A stretch of DNA of 64,000 nt from assembly GCF_000315625.1 (NCBI RefSeq), contig NW_005434667.1, forward strand, positions 859,061-923,060. The letters run 5' to 3'. Position numbers and translations under genes: made by a program. Each line of letters starts with the position of its first letter. Within the stretch, counting starts at the first letter, position 1. This DNA is from Guillardia theta CCMP2712 (lineage: Eukaryota; Protista; Cryptophyta). Below the pieces are notes generated by a model. It made no database searches and was not told the DNA's origin. It saw nothing but the letters and a program-made list of their open reading frames with translations. Positions 33,750-42,016 of this stretch are shown in pieces.

Positions 33750-34253
33750 ATGAGTATGCACATTTATCTATGATAATATTGAGCAAGCCCTCATTCATCG
33801 TGTCAAGCAAATTGAATTGTGTGCGCTCCAGCTTATCTGATATATGTGTCACATTCTCTTGAATGAACTTCAAATATCTCTTAAGATCTAATCTATTGAG
33901 AAAATTGTTTATGTCCAAAGGGCTTGTGATGTGGCATTTAGATATATCAAGCAAATCCACAGCATCAGGATTTTTGTTAAACCATATAGAATCGTGCACA
34001 ATCTTTTCTGGATAGGCCTTCAGAATATCTAACGCATTCTCATTCTTTGATAACTCACTCCAATAAACATTGGACAGGTTGTCTCTCAAGATATCGATAG
34101 CACCCTTGTTTGCTGAAAGCACCTTCCAATCAATCTCACCCAAATTATCCTTCAACAATTCAATTGCATCTTCATCATCCTTTGCTGAAAGCACAGACCA
34201 ATCTATAATATCAAACCTGTGCTTGATGATCTTAGCATATATCTTAGTGCTCT
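33700..34253 (-). pseudogene. 3' part of an IDWxxLSxN repeat-protein gene interrupted by the Fanzor transposon
   Basis: IDWSVLSAK, IDWKVLSANK and VYWSELSKNE repeats. Joins 37526-37730 in frame (VEFNAL-KSTKIYAK) to give a 252-aa protein. Confidence 0.88.
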
Positions 34254-34331
34254 TAGAGTTGTTTGCGTTTTTATGTTGGGAAGCGAAGCTTGCCACAGGC
34301 AACACTTATTTTTGTACTTGAATATGTAAGG

Positions 34332-35392
34332 ATGTATTCTAGAACTTATCCGGCTGGAGAGGTTATCAAGGCTCTTGAAGTTTATAACAATGTAAAGAGT
34401 CTTTCTCTCAAACTTTCATTGAAGTTTGAGAGTGGAAGGCTTCATACATCACCGGCATTAGCAAATCCACCATTCAGAGATGGTGGTCAAACCTTAGAAT
34501 GACTATCAGACGCAAAGACAAACGCAAACGACGTTTCAAGCGCCGTCATAAATATCCTCATCTAAATGATGTCATAAAGCACCTCTTCTATCAAAACAAA
34601 GACATCGCCTTCATGCATCTAAAGCAAATCCAATATACGTTGAACCTATCTTATGACATCTCTCCATCATTGACATCTCTTTATCGAGTCCTAAAACAAT
34701 CTAAGATATCAAGGCGTCGCGACTTTGTCGCTTTTTGCCGACCGCCAAAGGCGGAGGCAAATCGCTTCAGCATCCACCATATCAATCCAACAAATCCAAG
34801 TGATAGAAAGGCCAGGTTTTCAGACTTCAAGGCCTCGATAGATCCATTATTGAACGACAATATCGTTTGTCTGGATGAGACCTCATTCTGCAATGTTGGC
34901 AACCCTTTTTATGGCTACTTCCCCAAGGGAAGACAACCCAACGCAATCAAGGTATCAAAACGTGAAAGAGTATCATTGGTCATGGCTGTTCACTCTTCTA
35001 TTGGCATTGTTTCTTACAACCGTGTAAACAAGGCCTTTACAAAGGCTTCATTCTTAGTTTTTTTATAGGGTCTTATTCCTAAGCTTCCTAAGAGCACAAA
35101 AGCCATCCTTATGGATAATGTGGCCTTCCATAGGTCTAAGGAGGTTGTTGGCTTGTTGGAACGGCATAAGCTTGTTCCTCTTTATATCCCTCCGTACTCG
35201 CCAAGATGCAACCCCATTGAGGAGGTCTTCTCTCTGTTGAAGAGAGCCTTCCGAACCAAGACAACAAAGAAGTGTCTGGCAGACCGTATTGAAGAGGCAA
35301 TCGACATCATAAAAGGATATAAGGATTTGGATCTTAATTATAAGCATACAAGAGACTATGTTAGAGCGGAATGTCAAACATTAGGATTGTAA
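34332..35392 (+). pseudogene. IS630/Tc1-like DD34E transposase, inactivated
   Basis: HTH (KASYITGISKSTIQRW), LDETSF, MDNVAFH and PPYSPRCNPIEEVFS, with 34 residues between the second D and E. Frameshift at a hairpin (34404-34432) and an in-frame TAG at 35066-35068. Confidence 0.9.
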
Positions 35393-37443
35393 AACGAAAG
35401 GCGAAGGGCTTCTTCAAGTGTGAGGACCTAGTCACAATCAAGGATGCTGTCAAGGCAGCTCATAGGATCATGTCAGATGCGTCCATACTCGTCCGGTCAT
35501 ATTATCTGCGATGGTTCCAGAGCTCATATCCCCTTGATTCAGATGACAAGGAACTTGAGCTTGAGCACTTCCATATATCCATGGCCTGCAGCATAGTCCA
35601 GGGTATAACAAGGCCTCCAGTCCGTGGTGTTGGTCCTGAACAATCTGTCAAGATAGACGTCTTCAATGACATGTTAGATGAGTATAAGAGGCTGTACGAG
35701 CGTGCTCCAAATGATAAAGAGAACGAAACGGACCTCTCTCTATCGCATGTCTTAGCATATTCCATCGACAACCTTCTTACCGCGTATAAAAACAACATCG
35801 AAGCCCATTTCTCAAAATATGTCAAACGCTTCATCCGATGTGATATGTTGGCTAAGGGCTTCAATAAGTCTGAGGCAAACAGAGTGGCGGCAATATATAC
35901 CAATGCCTATATTTATGACTCATCCCTCGACCTGGAACCAGACTTTATGGAAAGATTAGGCCTTGAGGCAACAAGTTATTCATCTCTATTCCCCTCTAAG
36001 ATAAATAAGGGCGGTTTTCCAAGGGTCTATGACCTGAAGGCCAACCCTTGGGTCTATCTTCCAAAGATGGTCATGATAAATCAGGCCTTAGAGACAGACT
36101 TCTCTTCTGTAGAGCATAAGGAGAGGAGGCTGCTCAATCCACTGCCCTTCTATTCATCGTTTGTTCCGATGCACATACGGATTGATACATCCGGCTTATC
36201 GCAGCTGCTGATGACTAAGGATAGGCTTGATGATTTCAAGAGATCTTATCTTGCTGAGTTTGGAGTAAGTCTAAATATAAAGAACAAGGGTGATATGCTA
36301 GCAAGTTTTGAGAAGATCTTTGGCCGGAAGGCAACATCCAATAGAGAGGCCGGATTGTATGCAACAGAGATGTGGAGCTTCTTGACAAACCTGAAGACAT
36401 GCCGTCAATGGAAGGAGCTTGATGGGGTTGTTCGTAAGAACGATCCCAAGGGAACACAATGGATGTTTGACAATGCTGTTGTAACGGACGGTGTTTCAAT
36501 CTCATTCCAGGTGATCGATAACAGCATGTTTGGACGGAAGGCCTTCTCTGGCAGGAAGAAGAGGGTAGCATGTCAGGAGGCCAATGATGAAGAAGATAGC
36601 AAGCAGGTAACAAGAGAAGAGCTAAAGACATCGAAGCTCTTGGGATGTGACCCTGGGAAGAGAGACATCCTAGCAATAACAGATGGCATAAAGACTATCT
36701 GTTACACCAAGGGGCAGAGAGACATGGACACGCATAAGACAATAAGGTTGAGAACCAGTCTGAAGAGGCGCCGAGGCTGCGGCCTAGAGGAGTATGAGAC
36801 ACAGGTGATGAACCGGTTCCAGAAACGGTCATGCCATCCTGAGATGTTTCGACGCTATGCCTGTTCCAGGAAGAGGATGGAACACATGCTGCTTGAATGT
36901 TATTCTCATCCAGTCTTTAGAGAGTTCAAATTCTTGGTTTACAACAAGACTAAGAGCTCCGAACATAGGTTCATGCATAGGGTGTTGGAAACATTCAAAC
37001 GGCCGCAAACAAACCTGAGCAAGGCGAGGTGTGCGTCAGGAGTTATGCGTATGAATGCCTTGAAGGAGGTCCAAAGGCATGGAGATATCATTATAGGGTG
37101 GGGCAACTGGGGAAAGAATCCAAACGCGCTACGATGCTCGGCAGGACCAACCCCAGGCATTGGAATAAGGAGAAGGTTTGAATCGCTGTTCAAAACAACA
37201 ACAGTGCCAGAACACTACACCTCCCAAGAATGTCCGAGTTGTAAGGGACGATGCCTAAGAAAGGCAACTGGCAACCCGATCATGAGACACCATCTGCTTC
37301 GTTGTACAAACGATAGTTGCTGTAGCAGGTGGTGGAATCGGAATGTAGCCGGGGCGTTCAACATCCTAACAAGGCTGTTGGATGGACAAACACTATCCGG
37401 TAACGAAACTACCGGAGACGGGTTAGGAGGTGACGACCTCTAA
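35371..37443 (+). CDS. Fz1: Fanzor1 RNA-guided DNA endonuclease (eukaryotic TnpB/Cas12 homolog), 690 aa
   Basis: TDGVSIS (WED), LLGCDPGKRDI (RuvC-I), IIIGWGNWG (Gly at the canonical Glu position), VPEHYTSQECPSC (shifted Glu and Zn finger), LLRC..C..WNRNVAGAFNI (RuvC-III with Asn). Located in a mariner-type element. Confidence 0.95.
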   Translation: MSNIRIVKRKAKGFFKCEDLVTIKDAVKAAHRIMSDASILVRSYYLRWFQSSYPLDSDDKELELEHFHISMACSIVQGITRPPVRGVGPEQSVKIDVFNDMLDEYKRLYERAPNDKENETDLSLSHVLAYSIDNLLTAYKNNIEAHFSKYVKRFIRCDMLAKGFNKSEANRVAAIYTNAYIYDSSLDLEPDFMERLGLEATSYSSLFPSKINKGGFPRVYDLKANPWVYLPKMVMINQALETDFSSVEHKERRLLNPLPFYSSFVPMHIRIDTSGLSQLLMTKDRLDDFKRSYLAEFGVSLNIKNKGDMLASFEKIFGRKATSNREAGLYATEMWSFLTNLKTCRQWKELDGVVRKNDPKGTQWMFDNAVVTDGVSISFQVIDNSMFGRKAFSGRKKRVACQEANDEEDSKQVTREELKTSKLLGCDPGKRDILAITDGIKTICYTKGQRDMDTHKTIRLRTSLKRRRGCGLEEYETQVMNRFQKRSCHPEMFRRYACSRKRMEHMLLECYSHPVFREFKFLVYNKTKSSEHRFMHRVLETFKRPQTNLSKARCASGVMRMNALKEVQRHGDIIIGWGNWGKNPNALRCSAGPTPGIGIRRRFESLFKTTTVPEHYTSQECPSCKGRCLRKATGNPIMRHHLLRCTNDSCCSRWWNRNVAGAFNILTRLLDGQTLSGNETTGDGLGGDDL

Positions 37444-37549
37444 AACCTAGAACTTAGAGTGCAAAAACGCCATTACGATTGTGATGCCTATTCAAGGGTG
37501 TCCCAAGTGTAAAAAGAAAGCACTCTAAGAGCATTAAACTCTACTCTGT
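37391..37549 (+). ncRNA. Predicted Fanzor omegaRNA: scaffold ~37391-37529 overlapping the ORF end, guide ~37530-37549 from flanking DNA
   Basis: Hairpins TCCGGTA/TACCGGA (37396-37416) and GGTT..GAGGT/ACCTC..AACC (37421-37447). Long-range stem CTTAGAGTGC (37453-37462) / GCACTCTAAG (37520-37529) closes at the element end. Exact RNA ends are inferred. Confidence 0.75.
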
Positions 37550-37730
37550 CAATGTTCTCAATAAGGATGTCTGAAGCGTTCTCATTGCATGATAGATTGT
37601 TCCAAGCCTTGTCGGTCATCTCATCGATTTTTATATTTATGATTTTCATAGCAGTCGGATTATTATTCAAACAAAGACCTTCTATGTCAAGTTTGCTCTC
37701 ATCAACCCATGGTAATAGTCTATAAGACAT
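37526..37730 (-). pseudogene. 5' part of the repeat-protein gene interrupted by the transposon
   Basis: MSYRLLPWVDESKL matches the paralog N-terminus MEDYKLLPWINVDDL (25839). Continues in frame at 34253 once the element is removed. Confidence 0.88.
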
Positions 37731-37776
37731 ATCTTATCCTCCTTAAGTATTTCCTGTTGTATATAAAGAAAAATCT

Positions 37777-40608
37777 TTGATATTATTTTTACCTATATTT
37801 TATCTTGATGCTCATGTAAAAAAATTCTTGGATAGAAATACTATAATTTTAGATAGCATACAATCACTAGAGGTGGAAAATGATTGCATGTTACTTCATA
37901 CTTTCAAGCAGTGCGCATCACAGGAAATTCAAAGCTTTATGGTCGATTCCTCTAATAATATTCAGTATAATACTCTCCTTAAGCTAAGCAATGAAGAAGC
38001 ATCATCTCAACAGCTTTTGGAAGCATCTCAACAATCTTCAGAAGTATCTCAACAAGAGCAGGCTCCATCCTCAACAAAGAAGACAGCTAAGAAGATCCAG
38101 CAACAACACCAGGCTCCATCCCCAACAAAGAAGACAGCTAAGAAGATCCAGCAACAACACCAGGCTCCATCCTCAACAAAGAAGACAGCTAAGAAGATCC
38201 AGCAACAACACCAGGCTCCATCCTCAACAAAGAAGACAGCTAAGAAGATCCAGCAACAACACCAGGCTCCATCCCCAACCAAGAAGACATCTAAGAAGAT
38301 CCAGCAACAACACCAGGCTCCATCCCCAACCACGAAGACAGCTAAGAAGATCCAGCAACAACAGCAGGCTCCATCCCCAACCAAGAAGACATCTAAGAAG
38401 ATCCAGCAACAACACCAGGCTCCATCCCCAACCACGAAGATAGCTAAGAAGATCCAGCAACAACAGCAGGCTCCATCCCCAACCACGAAGACAGCTAAGA
38501 AGATCCAGCAACAACAGCAGGCTCCATCCCCAACCAAGAAGACATCTAAGAAGATCCAGCAAGAACAACAAGAGCAGGCTCCATCCTCAACCACTATGAT
38601 AGCTAGGACGATGCAGCAATCAGAGATTTTACCTGAAATGCTACAAAATTCTTCAAAACTACCTACAAAAGATACAAGAAAGAGAAAAGCTCGAACATAT
38701 ATTCTACAACACAAATATGATAAGCATCCGCAACAAAAAGTTGATAAGGCTAGGATAACTCTTCCTAAGACAAAACAAAAAAAGGTTGATGATGAAAAGC
38801 AAAAGGAACAGGGTGAAGAAGAAAAGGAGGAAGAAGGAGAGCAGGATGAAGAGGAAGCAGAAGATGATGAGGAAGCAGAAGAGGATCAGGAAGATAGTCA
38901 AGAGGAGGAGGAACAAGGAGACCAGGATGAGGAAGAAGAAGCAGAAGAGGATCAGGAAGATAGTCAAGAGGAGGAGGAACAAGGAGACCAGGATGAGGAA
39001 GATAGTCAAGAGGAGGAAGAAGAAGGACAGCAGGATGATGATGAAGAAGAGGAGCAAGATGATGAGGAAGCAGAAGAGGATCAGGAAGATAGTCAAGAGG
39101 AGGAAGAAGAAGGACAGCAGGATGATGAAGAAGAAGAGGATCAGGAAGATAGTCAAGAGGAGGAAGCAGAGGAGGATCAGGAAGATAGTCAAGAAGAGGA
39201 GGAACAAGGAGACCAGGATCAGGAAGATAGTCAAGAGGAGGAAGAAGAAGGACAGCAGGATGATGATGAAGAAGAGGAGCAAGATGATGAGGAAGCAGAA
39301 GAGGATCAGGAAGATAGTCAAGAGGAGGAGGAACAAGGAGAGCAGGATGAGGAAGAAGAGGAGGATCAGGATGATGAGGAAGCAGAAGAGGATCAGGAAG
39401 ATAGTCGAGAGGAGGAGGAACAAGGAGAGCAGGATGAGGAAGAAGAGGAGGATCAGGATGATAGTCAAGAGGAGGAGGAACAAGGAGAGCAGGATGAGAA
39501 GGAAGCAGAAGAGGATCAGGAAGATACTCAAGAGGAGGAGGAACAAGGAGAGCAGGATGAGGAGGAAGCAGAAGAGGATCAGGAAGATAGTCAAGAGGAG
39601 GAGGAACAAGGAGAGCAGGATGAGGAGGATGAGGATGAGGATGAAGATGAGGATGAGGATGAGGATGAGGATGAGGATGAGGATGAGGATGAGGATGAGG
39701 ATGAGGATGAGGATGAGGATGAGGAAGACGATGAGGATGAGGATGAGGATGAGGAAGACATTCGTAAAATCTTAAGGAAGCGCAGAAAGTTAAACCTTAA
39801 GGAGGAAGCTGAATACAAACAGAGAATTGCAAAAATACGGGGTTCTCTATCAAGAGAACAATATGCCTCTAAACATGTTGGAAAATATCATGTGATAAAG
39901 TTGCAATCGAGGAGAGACAAGGAATTGATTGTTATTAAATCAAAAAAGACAGGAACAAAACACAAGGTCAATCTCCTTGATGGATTTGGTGTTCAACACA
40001 TAGGCCCTTCAAGATCCTTAGGCAAGCATAAGCTTGGAGTGTTTGAATGTGGCATGGAAAATAAGAGTGATAGTACAGTTTATAACAAGAACAATGATCA
40101 AACATATATTACAGGAGGGATTGAGGAGCTTGAATATTTCGCAAATAACAAGGATGTAATATATCCTACAGATAAAGATGATATAGCATTTGACAGCAGG
40201 AATGGGATCGATACAACAAAGGTATTATGCAGAAACATCCCAGTGACATTGGATGACATTCTTGCTTACTTCAAGTCTTATGTGAATAGCAATGTATTTA
40301 TGCAAGGTCTTGTATATTCCGTACATTCTACCTTTTCTGAGGTTAAAAGATTTGTTCGTCGCAAACATGAGAGATACATAACATTTCCAATCACATTCAT
40401 TGATGTCATGACAGATGAGAATGAGAAATTTGTTTTCAAGGCACTGCTGTGGAAGAAGAAGAAGAATTCTAGATATCTTGGTGCAAGGGCAGGTTTTCTC
40501 TTACCAGTATTGTTCATAGTATTGGATTTAGAGGGATTTGTGACATTGTCGAGGATCTGGGATATGTCATCATCTGTGATGGTGAGTGTTTCTTCAAAGT
40601 CATTCTGA
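37777..40608 (+). CDS. Low-complexity protein: 17-aa QQQHQAPSPTKKTAKKI repeats, a very long Asp/Glu tract and a C-terminal globular region; start uncertain, last ~45 aa probably read-through
   Basis: Open 943-codon frame; 51-bp tandem repeats at 38058-38590; acidic repeats at 38790-39760. Confidence 0.65.
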   Translation: MILFLPIFYLDAHVKKFLDRNTIILDSIQSLEVENDCMLLHTFKQCASQEIQSFMVDSSNNIQYNTLLKLSNEEASSQQLLEASQQSSEVSQQEQAPSSTKKTAKKIQQQHQAPSPTKKTAKKIQQQHQAPSSTKKTAKKIQQQHQAPSSTKKTAKKIQQQHQAPSPTKKTSKKIQQQHQAPSPTTKTAKKIQQQQQAPSPTKKTSKKIQQQHQAPSPTTKIAKKIQQQQQAPSPTTKTAKKIQQQQQAPSPTKKTSKKIQQEQQEQAPSSTTMIARTMQQSEILPEMLQNSSKLPTKDTRKRKARTYILQHKYDKHPQQKVDKARITLPKTKQKKVDDEKQKEQGEEEKEEEGEQDEEEAEDDEEAEEDQEDSQEEEEQGDQDEEEEAEEDQEDSQEEEEQGDQDEEDSQEEEEEGQQDDDEEEEQDDEEAEEDQEDSQEEEEEGQQDDEEEEDQEDSQEEEAEEDQEDSQEEEEQGDQDQEDSQEEEEEGQQDDDEEEEQDDEEAEEDQEDSQEEEEQGEQDEEEEEDQDDEEAEEDQEDSREEEEQGEQDEEEEEDQDDSQEEEEQGEQDEKEAEEDQEDTQEEEEQGEQDEEEAEEDQEDSQEEEEQGEQDEEDEDEDEDEDEDEDEDEDEDEDEDEDEDEDEDEEDDEDEDEDEEDIRKILRKRRKLNLKEEAEYKQRIAKIRGSLSREQYASKHVGKYHVIKLQSRRDKELIVIKSKKTGTKHKVNLLDGFGVQHIGPSRSLGKHKLGVFECGMENKSDSTVYNKNNDQTYITGGIEELEYFANNKDVIYPTDKDDIAFDSRNGIDTTKVLCRNIPVTLDDILAYFKSYVNSNVFMQGLVYSVHSTFSEVKRFVRRKHERYITFPITFIDVMTDENEKFVFKALLWKKKKNSRYLGARAGFLLPVLFIVLDLEGFVTLSRIWDMSSSVMVSVSSKSF
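38058..38590 (+). repeat. 51-bp coding tandem repeat, ~10 copies
   Basis: CAGGCTCCATCC(T/C)CAAC(A/C)A(A/C)GAAGACA(G/T)CTAAGAAGATCCAGCAACAACA(C/G) units. Confidence 0.95.
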
Positions 40609-40974
40609 TCAGGCGGTTGGAAATTGATGTTTTGGTGAACTGAATTGATGATGTTGTCGACATCGAGGGATGGTTCATTGTTGTTATTGTTGGTCATGGG
40701 TGATGTGAATGAGCTGAAGATTCCAAAATCGTTCAGAAAAATTCAAAAATACGGGGGAATTTGTTGAATTTTCAAAACGGAACCGAGGCGATGCTGAGTT
40801 TATACCTTTATTAGTAAAATTATTGCCTTTCTGTTGTAGCATTCTAGGTTCTTTAACTTGTATGTTTTTCTTTCTCTTTACAAGTCGGTGTCCAATACAA
40901 CTATACTACACTGCTATAATACTGCTATTATACTACTAATAATACTACCCTCCGTGCTAGTCGAGGGTAGCAAA

Positions 40975-41681
40975 ATGATGATGGCGCTGACTGGTCCTCC
41001 TCGCCCCTTCGCTGCCTGCACCCAGTGCCGTCGCCGCAAGACTCGCTGTGACGAGCAGCTTCCTTGCACCCGCTGCCTCCAGGCCGGACGCGGCGATGAC
41101 TGCTCTCGACCAGAGGCTGGTGATGCCGCGCTCGGGACCCCAACGGCATCACGTGGGCTTCGCCGCAGGTCGAGCAAGGCCTGCCTGGGCTGCCAGCTCA
41201 AGAAAGTCCGCTGCGGGGAAGCGCGGCCCTGCGTACGCTGCTGCCGGACAGGGTCCGTGTGCTACGAGGAAGGGGGGCTTCCTCTGGGAGTGGACTTGCA
41301 GGTGTATCAGCGGAGGCGAGAGCAGGTGACCCAAGCGTGCGAGCGCTGCAGGAGGTCGCGACTCAAGTGCGACGCCGAGAGGCCTTGCGGGCGATGCGTC
41401 AGGTCAGGCCAGACGTGTCTGGACGGACGGAGGCGGAGGGGAGGAACTGGGCGATTGGGGATGAAGAGGCAGCAGAGGCCCAGAGCTGCTGGACATTGAA
41501 CGAGCTCGTCAGCCCAGACAGCATGCCGGGAGTGTACCTGACGGAGGGGCCCTGGGGCGAAGAGGAAGAGCAAGATGGATTCCCTCTAGGAGGGTACCTC
41601 CTGTCACCGAGCACGGAGGAGGAGGTCACCTGGGAGAGGCCGGAGAGGCAGGACGATCCTTCACCTTTGTTTGATTGGTAG
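40975..41681 (+). pseudogene. Triple Zn(II)2Cys6 transcription-factor copy with a frameshift near 41430-41460
   Basis: Three CxxCxxxKxxCxxxxPCxxC clusters. The C-terminus equivalent to the intact copy lies in another frame (ORF 41259-41681). Confidence 0.75.
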
Positions 41682-42016
41682 CAGGGAGATCTCTGGTGGG
41701 GAAGGAGAGTTTGATCCTAGCTCTGCGACTGCAGCCTTTGCTAATGATGCATGCCTGATCAACGATCATTTTAATGAAAGGAAACATCCATTTCTATCAC
41801 TGCGCCTTCCAGCTACGCGAGAAAGAATATTCTTGTCCACCAGCCCACCCACTTCTTCACTCAGAGTGGCGATTGTCTTACAGCCTCCTGCTGCCTATTT
41901 CACGACAATTCTGCTCAACCTGATCCTGCTGCCTATTTCACGACAATTCTGCTCAACCTGATCACAACCTTGCTTTATTCCTAGTCCCTCAAGCACTCCT
42001 CCATCCAGCCCTCCTC

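Larger units (their letters stand above)
34256..37525 (+). mobile_element. IS630/Tc1-mariner transposon carrying Fanzor1 (3,270 bp, TA target-site duplication)
   Basis: TA at 34254-34255 and 37526-37527. Imperfect terminal inverted repeats (GAGTTGTTTGCGTTTTTATGTTGGGA vs revcomp GAGTGCTTTCTTTTTACACTTGGGA). Removal restores the interrupted ORF. Confidence 0.9.
7850..40950. mobile_element. Endogenous giant-virus-like (Nucleocytoviricota-like) island, rearranged and partial
   Basis: Abrupt GC-to-AT shift at ~7850 and back at ~40950. Dense, intronless ORFs typical of NCLDVs: OBP-like helicase, SSB-like protein, GT25, CxxCGG repeat protein, IDWxxLSxNP repeat proteins, fused histones. Shared AAAATGA upstream motif. 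No hallmark capsid or polymerase gene in the window. Confidence 0.8.

Noticed and set aside
35371-37443. Calling the nuclease a bacterial Cas12 or IS605 TnpB (contamination)
   Set aside because: No array or Y1 transposase is present. Size, the displaced Glu and the mariner context fit Fanzor1, and the flanks are eukaryotic and viral.
34245-37536. Alternative outer transposon boundaries using TGCTCTTAGAGT/ACTCTAAGAGCA as perfect TIRs with an outer TA/TTA duplication
   Set aside because: This also restores the frame but removes 6 aa and breaks the 22-aa repeat register. The apparent TIR is better explained by a palindromic target site plus GAGT/ACTC element ends.
37991-39818. Alternative-frame and antisense ORFs (Leu/Phe-rich, Arg/Met-rich, poly-Ser)
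   Set aside because: Artefacts of tandem repeats in the 37777 ORF.
7850-40950. Classification as a complete Polinton, virophage or provirus
   Set aside because: No pPolB, integrase, capsid, packaging ATPase or matched terminal inverted repeats are visible. Gene content fits a partial NCLDV-like fragment better.
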